Assembly (NCBI GenBank): GCA_964583625.1
Contig: CAZOVA010000002.1
Coordinates: 29,452-93,451 of the forward strand
Source: an uncultured Pseudomonadales bacterium
GTDB taxonomy: Bacteria > Patescibacteriota > Microgenomatia > UBA1400 > PJMF01
Reading direction: 5' to 3'
DNA: 64,000 bases
Position numbers and translations under genes: made by a program. The notes under the pieces were generated by a model. The model was not told the DNA's origin, did not search any database, and worked only from the letters and a program-made list of their open reading frames with translations. Positions 10,037-19,656 of this stretch are shown piece by piece (within the stretch, counting starts at the first letter, position 1; every line of letters begins with the position of its first letter).

Positions 10037-12055
10037 TTAGATATCTAATCTTGCTAATTTAGCATGGGTTTGAATAAATTTTTTGCGGGGAGCGACCTCG
10101 TCACCCATGAGAACTGAAAAAGTTTTATCCATGAGCGGCACTTCATTGAGAACAATTTTTTTGAGTAAGCGATTTTCTGGATTCATGGTTGTATCCCACA
10201 ATTGTTCGGCGTTCATTTCTCCCAAACCTTTATAACGTTGGATATTAATGGCCGCTTTAGGATTTCTTTCTTTGATTTCTTTGATCAGCTTATCTCTTTC
10301 CTCCTCACTGTAAAGGTAAACGTCTTTTTTTCCATCGGCCACTTTAAAAAGTGGCGGCATAGCTACATAAAGATAACCGCCATTGATAATTTCTGGAAAA
10401 TGTCGATAAAAGAAAGTGAGAATAAGGGTAGTGATATGCTCACCATCAACATCAGCATCAGTCATAATAATAATGCGGTGATAGCGCAATTTTTCAGCGT
10501 TGAAGCTTTCACCGATGCCCGCTCCCAAAGCAATAATGAGGTTTTTTAATTCTTCGGTGTCAATAATTCGATTGAGTCTAGCTCTTTCAGTATTGAGAAT
10601 TTTTCCTCTAAGAGGAAAAATAGCTTGAAACTTTCGATCACGACCTTGTTTGGCACTACCACCAGCACTATCTCCCTCTACCAGATAAATTTCACACTCA
10701 GAAGCCTCTTTACTTTGACAGTCGGCCAATTTTCCTGGTAAGGAACTGCCTTCCAAAACGCCTTTGCGAATGACGGCATCCTTGGCAGCGCGCGCCGCCA
10801 GGCGCGCGCGAGCGGCCAGCATCACTTTATCAATAATCGTTCGGCCAATCTTGGGGTTTTCTTCCAAGAATTCGGCAAAACCATCTTTGAAAACTTGATA
10901 AACAGCGCTTTGCGCTTCGCTATTATTCAATTTTGATTTAGTTTGAGATTCAAATTGCAAATCATTAGCCGGCATTTTGACAAAAACTACCGCCGTTAAA
11001 CCTTCACGTAAATCCTCGCTGGTGAAAGACTCTTTTTCTCGCAAGAGTTTATTTTTTTCAGCATAGTCTTTTAGAACTTTGTTCAAAGCGGTGCGGAAAC
11101 CATTTACATGAGTTCCTCCGTCTGGAGTGTGAATAACATTGACATAAGACTCCATATACTCTGAATAGCTGTCATTGTATTGCAGGGCTATTTCTACACC
11201 AATACTTTTCTTTAAATTTTCATCATGCCAAGAACGACTAAAATAGAAAACATCGTGCAGAGCTTTTTTACTGCGATTGAGATGTTCTACTAGAGAGCGA
11301 ATACCATTTTCAAAATAATAATGACGATTGATTTGCGCAATATTATCAAAAAAATCAAAGTAAATTTTGGCCATTAAATAGGCTCGGTCTTTGATAATTT
11401 CCACTAATTCTTTACTGGAAAAATTGGTGGCTGAGAAAATAGTTTTATCAGGAATAAAGCTAACCAGAGTGCCTGTTTCAGCCGTGATAAGTCCTTGAGA
11501 TTCTTCCGGAAACATAGTGGTAAAGTCTTTTTCTGTAATGACTTTGACGTGATCTAAAATTTTACCTTGTGATAAACCTAAATAATGGTATTTGCCTTCT
11601 CGTTTGACGACCACTCTCATAAGGGCTGATAAAGCATTGACCGCACTACTACCAATACCGTGTAGTCCGCCAGAGGCTTGGTAAGCATTTTCTTCAAATT
11701 TACCACCAGCGTGGAGTTTGGTTAAAACTACTTCCAAAGCAGAAACACCGCTACTATGCAGGTCGACGGGAATACCTCGACCATTGTCGACCACCACAAT
11801 TTCTTCATCGCCCAAAGATTCTGGTTGAGGAATTAGCTTGGCCAATTCTGGTTTAGCCGGCTGATGAAAAAGACGAATAGTTTTTCCAAAGCCACTAATC
11901 GCCTCATCCACAGCATTGTCAAGAATTTCTTTGGTTAAGTGATGCAAACCGTGCGCATCCGTGGAGCCAATATACATCCCTGGTCGCTTACGGACTGGCT
12001 CTAAGCCCTCCAAGACTTTGATCTGGCTAGCTTGATAAGAATTTGTATTGGCCAT
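10037..12055 (-). CDS. gyrB: DNA gyrase subunit B
   Basis: QVLEGLEPVRKRPGMYIGSTD, GHKL ATPase and Toprim motifs (EGDSAGGSAKQGRDR). Likely start is MANTNSY at 12055; the ORF extends to 12085. Confidence 0.95.
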   Translation of the reverse strand: MANTNSYQASQIKVLEGLEPVRKRPGMYIGSTDAHGLHHLTKEILDNAVDEAISGFGKTIRLFHQPAKPELAKLIPQPESLGDEEIVVVDNGRGIPVDLHSSGVSALEVVLTKLHAGGKFEENAYQASGGLHGIGSSAVNALSALMRVVVKREGKYHYLGLSQGKILDHVKVITEKDFTTMFPEESQGLITAETGTLVSFIPDKTIFSATNFSSKELVEIIKDRAYLMAKIYFDFFDNIAQINRHYYFENGIRSLVEHLNRSKKALHDVFYFSRSWHDENLKKSIGVEIALQYNDSYSEYMESYVNVIHTPDGGTHVNGFRTALNKVLKDYAEKNKLLREKESFTSEDLREGLTAVVFVKMPANDLQFESQTKSKLNNSEAQSAVYQVFKDGFAEFLEENPKIGRTIIDKVMLAARARLAARAAKDAVIRKGVLEGSSLPGKLADCQSKEASECEIYLVEGDSAGGSAKQGRDRKFQAIFPLRGKILNTERARLNRIIDTEELKNLIIALGAGIGESFNAEKLRYHRIIIMTDADVDGEHITTLILTFFYRHFPEIINGGYLYVAMPPLFKVADGKKDVYLYSEEERDKLIKEIKERNPKAAINIQRYKGLGEMNAEQLWDTTMNPENRLLKKIVLNEVPLMDKTFSVLMGDEVAPRKKFIQTHAKLARLDI

Positions 12056-12270
12056 AGTGGTGGAGTTTAACATAAAGAAAAACAAAAAGCAAGCAGTGTT
12101 TTATAGTTTGAGGAGCTAAAAAGGCCAAAATGAGCCCTTTTAGGTCGTTTTTTGGCTACTCTTATCTTATAGGATGCTCAGCTAAGAAACCGATAAGTTA
12201 GAAAAACAGTTTTTATTATAAGGACTTTAGCTAAGGATCCTATAATATTAAAAACATTATAAATTATTTT

Positions 12271-12330
12271 AAAAAATATAAAAAAAAGCCTCTCTTTCAA
12301 TCAATTTATGAAAGAAATTAAAAGAGAGGC
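12271..12330 (-). terminator. probable rho-independent terminator downstream of cdsA (minus strand)
   Basis: Inverted repeat agcctctcttt ... aaagagaggct (12288-12330) immediately after the cdsA stop, followed on the minus strand by a T-rich run (plus-strand aaaaaatataaaaaaaa 12271-12287). Confidence 0.4.
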
Positions 12331-12335
12331 TGGGT

Positions 12336-13145
12336 TTAAAAAATAGTTTTTCTTTGACCAATAGTTTGTTCTTGTCTTTTGAGCCATAAGAAAATTAGTA
12401 AAACGAAAACTAGACCAAAAGCGCTGGTTAAGTTGAAAATCAGTGACTGTTCCCAGTTGAATTTATTAAATAATAAATGGAACATTACTAAAATATTAGG
12501 TAAAGTCCAAGAAGCAATTCTGTCAGTCACTCCTCCATGTCCACCTAAAAAGTGGGAATAATCTTTGATCTGCAATTGTCTCTTGAAACTGGAAAAAAGT
12601 AAGTCTCCTTGAACCGCTAAAAGATTAATTAGTAAGGAGAAAATAAGGACAGAAAAAAAGGGAGTGGGAGAAGAAAACAAATCTGCTTTGAGACTAATAG
12701 AAAGATTGAGAGAGTTTTTGAGAACAAGCAAACCAAGAGGAAAAGCGACTAAGCCCGCCACTAAGCCGGCGATAAAACCTTCAATAGTCTTATGCGGAGA
12801 CAAAGCTTTTGCCAGCGGGTGACCCTTTTTTTTGAGCTTTTTTGTCCAAAAACTGCCAAAAAAATAAGCAAAAGTATCATTGATAGAACAAGTCAGCACA
12901 ATCAGTAAAATCAGCCAATAAGTCGTCAGTCTAGCGGTAGCAATGGCAGCGATGAAGCTTAAGAGGACAATGAGGGATGGTTTCCAGAGAATTGAGAGCT
13001 CCCCTTTTCCCTCCAGCTGATTGCTTAGCTCTAGAAAAGAGGCTAGAGTCAGGAAAAAGAAACAGACCATAAAGCTTTCAGGGCTGAGGGCAGCAATCAG
13101 CAAGTAACCAAGAATGAAGAGGCTGAAATAGAAACGGTTTTTCAT
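12336..13145 (-). CDS. cdsA: phosphatidate cytidylyltransferase (CDP-diglyceride synthase)
   Basis: Polytopic membrane protein with the CTP_transf_1 signature GGHGGVTDRIAS. Confidence 0.8.
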   Translation of the reverse strand: MKNRFYFSLFILGYLLIAALSPESFMVCFFFLTLASFLELSNQLEGKGELSILWKPSLIVLLSFIAAIATARLTTYWLILLIVLTCSINDTFAYFFGSFWTKKLKKKGHPLAKALSPHKTIEGFIAGLVAGLVAFPLGLLVLKNSLNLSISLKADLFSSPTPFFSVLIFSLLINLLAVQGDLLFSSFKRQLQIKDYSHFLGGHGGVTDRIASWTLPNILVMFHLLFNKFNWEQSLIFNLTSAFGLVFVLLIFLWLKRQEQTIGQRKTIF

Positions 13146-13314
13146 TAATTTTCCCTCCTAACCGATAAGTTTGAGTTTTGATTCGTCTAGAGAAAAACTA
13201 TATTATTAAAGAGCTATTGGTCAAATTGCAGCCGCAATAATGGCTGCCGACCAAATAATACTCAAGAAGGTGATTATATCAAAGAAAGATAGTTTTTGTT
13301 AGTAAAAGTGATAG

Positions 13315-13581
13315 TTACCAGTTTTTGAGAATGAAAACAAATTTTCCCTTGGGAAAATTGGCTAATTGCGGTAAAAGTGCTTGATAAGTTTTGCGTTTTA
13401 TTTGGTGACGTTGAGAGCTTAAAGGGAAAACTTTTTTCTGAGCAATCAAAGCTATCTGAGCATTGGCTAGTTTTTCATCCAACTGATAGTAGATCAGACC
13501 ATAAGGACTAGGCTTTTTTTTGCTATTGGTGAAGAAATCAGTAGGAATTTGACCTTTTAATTGGTATTTTCGAGGCAACAT
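13315..13581 (-). CDS. hypothetical small protein (possible first gene of the cdsA operon)
   Basis: 88-aa ORF from MLPRKYQ... on the same strand upstream of cdsA. The longer version (to 13695) would overlap pheT. No family recognised; may be spurious. Confidence 0.25.
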   Translation of the reverse strand: MLPRKYQLKGQIPTDFFTNSKKKPSPYGLIYYQLDEKLANAQIALIAQKKVFPLSSQRHQIKRKTYQALLPQLANFPKGKFVFILKNW

Positions 13582-13621
13582 GGGGATGATTATAACAAAC
13601 ATTTGGTTTATAATAAACTTT

Positions 13622-15595
13622 ATGAACATTTTGATTCCAGACTCACTTTTGCGAGAATATTTGCAGACCTCAGCTACAGCAGCTGAAATTGGCAAATTTA
13701 TGTCTTTAGCGAGTGCTAGTGTGGAAAGAATTGAAGAAAAAGAGAAAGAGAAAGTTTATGAGGTAGAAATTACTACCAACCGAGTAGATATGGCTTGCGT
13801 CAGAGGTTTTGCCAGAGAAGCAGCCGTCATTTTACGCCAAGCTGGTTTTGAAGCTTCATTCTCCCCCACTGGCACAGTCGCTTCCTTGGCTTTGGAACAA
13901 TTCAAACCAATTCAAAAATTACCTCTGCCAGAAATTAAAATTGAAACTGATCAGGTGAGAAGGATTATGGCGGTGGTTTTAGACCAACTAGAAGATGCCC
14001 CCACTCCTCCCAAAATGGTGAAACAATTATTAGCTATGGGGGAAAACGAGCACAGTAGTTTAATTGATATTAGCAATTATATTACTCATGAATTAGGTCA
14101 TCCCTGCCATGTTTTTGATTATGACAAAATTATGTCTTTGGGAGGAGAAATCCACATTGTCGTAGCTAAACCAGGGAAAAAATTTATTACTCTTGATGGT
14201 GAAGAGCATCAGACAGTCGGAGGGGAAGTAGTTTTTGAAAGTTCATCAGGAGAAATAATTGATTTACCCGCTATTAAAGGAACGCTAAATACAGCTGTTG
14301 ATCAAAATACCAAAAGAGCCCTTTTCTGGCTAGAAAATCTTCATGCGCCAATAGTTCGTCACGCCAGCCTCAAACATAATATTCGTACTTTGGCGGCCAC
14401 TCTCAACGAAAAAGGAGTAGATCCAGAACTAGCAAGTGAGGTGCTGGCCAAAGGCTTGATCCTTTTTCAGCAACTTTGCCGAGCCCAGGTTGCCAGCGAA
14501 TTCTTTGATTATTATCCTCAACCACTAAAATTGCCCACCATTGATTTAGATTTATCTCTGGTTAATGCCTATCTAGGGGTAAAATTACCACCAGAGCAGA
14601 TTGAAAAAATTCTTTTAGATTTGGATTTCCAATTGCAGAGACAAGAAAATAAAATTTTGGTCACTCCTCCTAGTTTTCGCGCTGCTGATATTAGTGAGGC
14701 GGCCGATATTATTGAGGAAATCGCCAGAGTTTATGGTTATGAAAAATTACCCACAAGCTTAGATTTTCCTTTGAAAATTATCGCCGAACAAGAAGGAGTC
14801 AATTTTCATCTTGAGAATAAAATTAAGCATTATTTAGCTGGTAAAGGGCTGAGCGAAATTTATAGCTATTCAATGGTGGCGGAAGACCAATTTATCGGTG
14901 AAAAACAAAAACTTTTGCGTCTTGCCAATCCTCTAACTGAGCAACTAGTCTGCCTCAGGCAAAAAATTTATCCTTCTTTGTTAGAAATTTATCAAGAAAA
15001 TAAAAACAAGACCGCCAAAACTATTGGTTTATTTGAACTGGCCAAAGTGTACTTTGGCGGTGAAACAGGAGAAAAGGTGACAGAGCAGCTGCATTTAAGT
15101 GTAGTTTTGAACGCCAGTTATCGTCAGGCGCGCGCTATTCTTGAGCAGGTTCTACACTTGGCTTATTTACAAGCAGAGATTGATTCTTCAGGAAAAATAT
15201 TTGTCTTACAAGACCAAGAAAAAGTTCTCTTGGGAGAAATCGGTAATCATCAGTCGGGACTGGTTTTTTTTGAATTAGACTTTGATAAAGTAGCCACTCT
15301 TGCTCGGGCTTATCCTCAATATCAAGCTCTTAGTTCACAGCCAGTGGCGATCGAAGATCTCACTTTTACCTTACCAGAAGAAGTCATAGTTGGTCCTTTG
15401 ATAGAAAAAATGTCTCAAGTTTCTCCTTTGATTAAAACAGTTAGTCTCAAAGATATTTATCAAAGAAATTATACTTTCAACTTTATCTATCAAGGTGAAG
15501 AACGAGCCTTGACAAGTGAAGAGTTAGCTTCAGTCAGAGCTCAAGTAGTGGCTGTCATGGAAGACATGGGATGTCGTTTAATCGGGACGATTTAA
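13622..15595 (+). CDS. pheT: phenylalanine--tRNA ligase beta subunit (short form lacking the N-terminal tRNA-binding domain)
   Basis: B3/B4 motif HPCHVFDYDKI, B5 and class-II-like core, C-terminal FDX-ACB domain (LTFTLPEEV...SEELASVRAQVV). Start assigned to MNILIPDSLLREYL (13622); the ORF opens at 13580. No pheS adjacent. Confidence 0.85.
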   Translation: MNILIPDSLLREYLQTSATAAEIGKFMSLASASVERIEEKEKEKVYEVEITTNRVDMACVRGFAREAAVILRQAGFEASFSPTGTVASLALEQFKPIQKLPLPEIKIETDQVRRIMAVVLDQLEDAPTPPKMVKQLLAMGENEHSSLIDISNYITHELGHPCHVFDYDKIMSLGGEIHIVVAKPGKKFITLDGEEHQTVGGEVVFESSSGEIIDLPAIKGTLNTAVDQNTKRALFWLENLHAPIVRHASLKHNIRTLAATLNEKGVDPELASEVLAKGLILFQQLCRAQVASEFFDYYPQPLKLPTIDLDLSLVNAYLGVKLPPEQIEKILLDLDFQLQRQENKILVTPPSFRAADISEAADIIEEIARVYGYEKLPTSLDFPLKIIAEQEGVNFHLENKIKHYLAGKGLSEIYSYSMVAEDQFIGEKQKLLRLANPLTEQLVCLRQKIYPSLLEIYQENKNKTAKTIGLFELAKVYFGGETGEKVTEQLHLSVVLNASYRQARAILEQVLHLAYLQAEIDSSGKIFVLQDQEKVLLGEIGNHQSGLVFFELDFDKVATLARAYPQYQALSSQPVAIEDLTFTLPEEVIVGPLIEKMSQVSPLIKTVSLKDIYQRNYTFNFIYQGEERALTSEELASVRAQVVAVMEDMGCRLIGTI

Positions 15596-16785
15596 GCCAT
15601 TTTTTATTGAGTACCACTTTGATCAGTGCGAGTTTGAATTTATTTTTGGTTCTTAGTGAACAAGGGGCTTGGATTGATGGTTGGCGAGTAGATTATCTGA
15701 TCCCGAAACTTTTTTTAGCGCAATTTTTTTTGAGTTTCTTTTTACTTGAAGAAGCCTGGTATCAGAGAAAAAAAATTGTCGCTTTTTTACAAAAAAACTT
15801 TCTCTCTTTAAGCTTTTTTATTTTTATATTTGCTTTACAATTAGCTTCCACTGAACAACCATTAATTGGTTTGTGGCAAGCATTGACTTGGTTTTCTATC
15901 TTACTTTTTGCTTTGATTGTCCGTCAAAAAATAAACCGTTCTTCAGTTACTAAGGATTTAGTTTTAAGATTATTTTTTTTAATTATTATTGGTCAAAGTT
16001 TTTTAGCTTTTTGGCAGTTTTTTGGGCAAAAAAACTTTCTCCCCTATCAGTTTTTAGGAGAAAGTAATTTTCAAGCTAGTAGTAATTTGGCAAAATTTCA
16101 CTTCTTTGGTTTGACTAGAATAGCGCCTTACGGCACTATGAGTCATCCCAATATTCTAGCTGGAAGTTTGGCGATTTTGGCCAGTTACTTATGGACACAG
16201 ACACAGGGGCTTAAATGGTGGTCTAAGCGCGCCAAAATCGCCATTTTTTTCACTTGGTTGGTGGTCTTTATGACTCAAAGCTTAAGTGCGTTTTTGTTTT
16301 TAGCAATTTATTTTTTAGACAGGAAAAGACAACAAAAAACCAAAGAAGTTTTTTCTTTCAAAAATAAGAGATTTTTTTTATTTCTTTTACCTCTAATTAT
16401 CTTCCCCCTTTTTTTATATTTGATTTCCTCTTGGGGAACAGAAAGTCTTTCTATCAGTAGACGAGTCAATTTAAATCAAGCAGCTTGGAAAATGTGGCTA
16501 GAGAGGCCTTTTTTTGGAGTTGGCTGGGGGCAATTTACGCTTCACTTAAAAAGATTTTGGCCAGAAAACTTTTTTACTCAGCCAGCCCATAATGTTTTTT
16601 GGTTAGTTTTATCGGAGCTGGGAATTTTAGGGGGCTTATGTTATTTTTTTCTCTTATTAAAACTAATCGTTCAAAAATCAGAAAGAGGTTTTTTTACTTT
16701 CCTCCCCTGGTTTATTTTGCTTGCCCTCGACCATTATTTTTGGACTAGTTTTTGGGGAATACTAGTTTTTTGCCTTTTGTTTTAA
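15571..16785 (+). CDS. O-antigen ligase / Wzy_C-family membrane protein (WaaL/PglL-like)
   Basis: About 10 TM helices and the Wzy_C signature RPFFGVGWGQF...QPAHNVFWLVLSELGILGG in a periplasmic loop. Confidence 0.65.
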   Translation: MSFNRDDLSHFLLSTTLISASLNLFLVLSEQGAWIDGWRVDYLIPKLFLAQFFLSFFLLEEAWYQRKKIVAFLQKNFLSLSFFIFIFALQLASTEQPLIGLWQALTWFSILLFALIVRQKINRSSVTKDLVLRLFFLIIIGQSFLAFWQFFGQKNFLPYQFLGESNFQASSNLAKFHFFGLTRIAPYGTMSHPNILAGSLAILASYLWTQTQGLKWWSKRAKIAIFFTWLVVFMTQSLSAFLFLAIYFLDRKRQQKTKEVFSFKNKRFFLFLLPLIIFPLFLYLISSWGTESLSISRRVNLNQAAWKMWLERPFFGVGWGQFTLHLKRFWPENFFTQPAHNVFWLVLSELGILGGLCYFFLLLKLIVQKSERGFFTFLPWFILLALDHYFWTSFWGILVFCLLF

Positions 16786-16803
16786 AGTTAGGCTCATGCT
16801 ATA

Positions 16804-17301
16804 ATGATTATTATGAATAGTCTTGCTGGTGACTGGCGCAGTTTTGTTAGTGGTGGCAATAAAGAGGCCTTATCTCAGGCAGCACCAGAGGTGAAACCTT
16901 CAGCTACTACGCCAGAACCAGTCAAAGAAGAAAGCTCTTCAGAGGAACAATTGGTTAAAATTAGGGCATTGATTCAAGGAGAAACTCCTAAATTGGCCAG
17001 GGTAGAAGCAACTTCAACTCAAGAAGAGACACCCAACTTGGTAGCTGAGCAAAGACGGTTGATTGGCAACCTTAAGGAACAAAAAAACAATTTAGGCAAA
17101 GATAGTCAATTGGACAGCGCTTCCAAGCAAGAAATCAAACAAATTTTGCTTTCTGCCAGAGAACTACCATCCAAACCAGACGCTCATACTGGAGCTGGCT
17201 GGCTACAAACTTTAGATAGAAAACTGGAGAAGGTTTTTTCTGCCGAGAATAAAAAACAAGCCAGCAAACAGCAAGCTATTGATCTGGCTATTAAGAATTA
17301 A
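16804..17301 (+). CDS. hypothetical acidic, low-complexity protein
   Basis: 165 aa, Ser/Glu/Pro/Thr-rich, no TM segment. Stop is 3 nt before the start of the ATPase gene (operonic). Confidence 0.4.
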   Translation: MIIMNSLAGDWRSFVSGGNKEALSQAAPEVKPSATTPEPVKEESSSEEQLVKIRALIQGETPKLARVEATSTQEETPNLVAEQRRLIGNLKEQKNNLGKDSQLDSASKQEIKQILLSARELPSKPDAHTGAGWLQTLDRKLEKVFSAENKKQASKQQAIDLAIKN

Positions 17302-17304
17302 TTT

Positions 17305-19656
17305 ATGTTAGAAGCAAGTCTAAAAACGGCCGAAAACGATCTTTTCCAAAGATTGACGAGTACTACTACTCTTCTCCTTTGGCTATTACTGGCTATCTTA
17401 CTATCGGTTTCCCTTTGGTATTTCTTTTACTTTTGGTGGAAGAATCGTAGTCGAGAAAAGCAAGCTTTAGATTTTGTTACTCTTTTAATTCGATTACCAA
17501 AAGAAAATGAAGTTAAGATTGAAGCGGCAGAACAAATGTTTAATGCTTTACATGCTTTGAAATTGGAGCAGTGGAAAAGTTTTTTTGAAAGAGAAAAAAG
17601 TTTTACCTTTGAGTTAGTGGCTAAGAAAGAAGACATTGCTTTTTACTTGAGTGTTCCCAAAGACTTAAGAGATTTGGTAGAAAAAAACATTCATGCCGCT
17701 TATCCTGAAGCTGATATTCAATTGACAGCTGAGCCAAACATTTGGACTAAGAACGGCAAAGTAGTTTTCACTCACTTGAAATTGAAAGACGACGATCGCT
17801 ATAGTATCAATACTTTCAAGAATTTGCCCAATGATGGTCTCAATGCTCTTACCTCTGCCCTATCAAAAATGGACAATGAAGATGGAGCTATAGTGCAATA
17901 TTTAATTCAACCAGAAGGAGATAGTTTTAGAAAAAACAGCTTAAAAAGAATTAAACAACAAAAAGAAAAAAATAATGATCAGGAAAAGTCTTTTGAGGCA
18001 GACGGTAAAGAATTGCAGTCAATGGAGGATAAAGTCAGTAAACCCCTCTTTAGAGTGGCAATTCGCATTTGCGTGAACGCTTCTAGTAAAGAGTTGGCCA
18101 ATTCTCATTTGACCAATATTGTTTCTAGTTTTGCTCAATTTAATAGTCTCTATGCCCAATTTGAAAAAAAGACAGTTCTATTAAAACGCTGGTTCATGAC
18201 CAATTTTATTTATCGTTATCCGCCATTTTTTGAACATCAAGGCTTAATTATTCTCAACTCTGAAGAGCTGGCGACTGTTTTTCATCTCCCCAATAAGAGT
18301 GTAGAAACTCACCACATTCGTTTCTTATATGCCAAAAATGCTCCTGCTCCCAGAGAAATTCCGCAAGAGGGTTTATTATTGGGCAAATCTGTTTATCGTG
18401 GTGATGTCAGAAATATTTATATGGATTTAAATGACCGCCGCCGCCATATGTATATTATTGGTAAAACTGGCACTGGTAAATCAGAATTCCTCAAAGAAAT
18501 GATTTTACAAGATATTGAAGCCGGTCACGGAGTTTGCGCCATCGATCCTCACGGAGAATTTGTCGAAGATATTTTACAACTTTTACCTAGTAATCGAGCT
18601 GAAGATGTGATCTATTTTAACCCCTCAGATTTAGATAGACCGATGGGAATGAATATGATGGAAGCTGATACGGAAGAGCAAAAACACTTTGTCGTTAGTA
18701 GCATTATTGGCTTGATGTACAAACTTTATGATCCTCATCGGACAGGAATTATTGGTCCCCGTTTTGAGCATGCGATCAGAAATGCTATGTTGACCATTAT
18801 GTCGCGCAAAGGCTCTACTTTTATTGAGCTGGTTCGAGCTCTCACTGATCAAAAATTTGTTGATGAACTTTTGCCTTTGGTGACTGATCCTATGGTGAGA
18901 CGGTACTGGACAGATCAAATAGCCCAAACTTCCGACTTTCATAAATCTGAAGTTTTAGATTATATCGTTTCCAAGTTTGGTCGTTTTGTTACCAATAAAA
19001 CTATGCGTAATATTATTGGTCAACCTCAGTCAGCTTTTAATTTTCGTCAGGCAATGGATGAAAAGAAAATTATTCTTTGTAATCTTTCTAAGGGAATTTT
19101 GGGGGAAGAAGATGCTAAATTTTTAGGCTTAATTTTAGTGCCCAAAGTTTTGACCGCGGCTATGAGTAGACAAAATATGCCGATGGAGCAAAGACAAGAC
19201 TTTTTCCTTTATGTTGATGAGTTTCAAAATTATGCCACTGAAGACTTTGCTACTATCTTGTCTGAGGCTCGCAAATATCGCCTGAATTTAATTGTAGCCA
19301 ATCAGTATATTAGTCAGATTGATGAGCAGGTAAGAGGAGCAGTTTTTGGTAATGTAGGCACGATGATTAGTTTCCGAGTGGGAGTGAATGATGCGCAATT
19401 TTTACAACATGAATACGCTCCGATTTTTAATGAAACTGATTTAGCCAATATTGAAAAATATCATGTTTATATTAAAACTATTGTGAAAAATGAACCAGTT
19501 CCCCCCTTCTCCATGTCTTTGGAAAAAGATATGGAAGAAGTAGAAGCAAAAATGAATCCAGAGTTGGCTCAAGCAGTTAAAGAGCTAAGTCGGTTGAAAT
19601 ATGGTAAGAGTAAAGCAGAAGTAGAAGCAGAGATCTCTCAAAGAGCTCAGTTATGA
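17305..19656 (+). CDS. membrane-anchored P-loop ATPase of the TraG/VirD4/HerA-VirB4 (DUF87-like) superfamily
   Basis: N-terminal TM (LLLWLLLAILLSVSLWYFFYFWW), Walker A YIIGKTGTGKSEF, AIDPHGEF, Walker B FFLYVDEFQNY, C-terminal ARKYRLNLIVANQYISQ...GNVGTMISFRVG block typical of coupling-protein/HerA ATPases. Confidence 0.55.
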   Translation: MLEASLKTAENDLFQRLTSTTTLLLWLLLAILLSVSLWYFFYFWWKNRSREKQALDFVTLLIRLPKENEVKIEAAEQMFNALHALKLEQWKSFFEREKSFTFELVAKKEDIAFYLSVPKDLRDLVEKNIHAAYPEADIQLTAEPNIWTKNGKVVFTHLKLKDDDRYSINTFKNLPNDGLNALTSALSKMDNEDGAIVQYLIQPEGDSFRKNSLKRIKQQKEKNNDQEKSFEADGKELQSMEDKVSKPLFRVAIRICVNASSKELANSHLTNIVSSFAQFNSLYAQFEKKTVLLKRWFMTNFIYRYPPFFEHQGLIILNSEELATVFHLPNKSVETHHIRFLYAKNAPAPREIPQEGLLLGKSVYRGDVRNIYMDLNDRRRHMYIIGKTGTGKSEFLKEMILQDIEAGHGVCAIDPHGEFVEDILQLLPSNRAEDVIYFNPSDLDRPMGMNMMEADTEEQKHFVVSSIIGLMYKLYDPHRTGIIGPRFEHAIRNAMLTIMSRKGSTFIELVRALTDQKFVDELLPLVTDPMVRRYWTDQIAQTSDFHKSEVLDYIVSKFGRFVTNKTMRNIIGQPQSAFNFRQAMDEKKIILCNLSKGILGEEDAKFLGLILVPKVLTAAMSRQNMPMEQRQDFFLYVDEFQNYATEDFATILSEARKYRLNLIVANQYISQIDEQVRGAVFGNVGTMISFRVGVNDAQFLQHEYAPIFNETDLANIEKYHVYIKTIVKNEPVPPFSMSLEKDMEEVEAKMNPELAQAVKELSRLKYGKSKAEVEAEISQRAQL

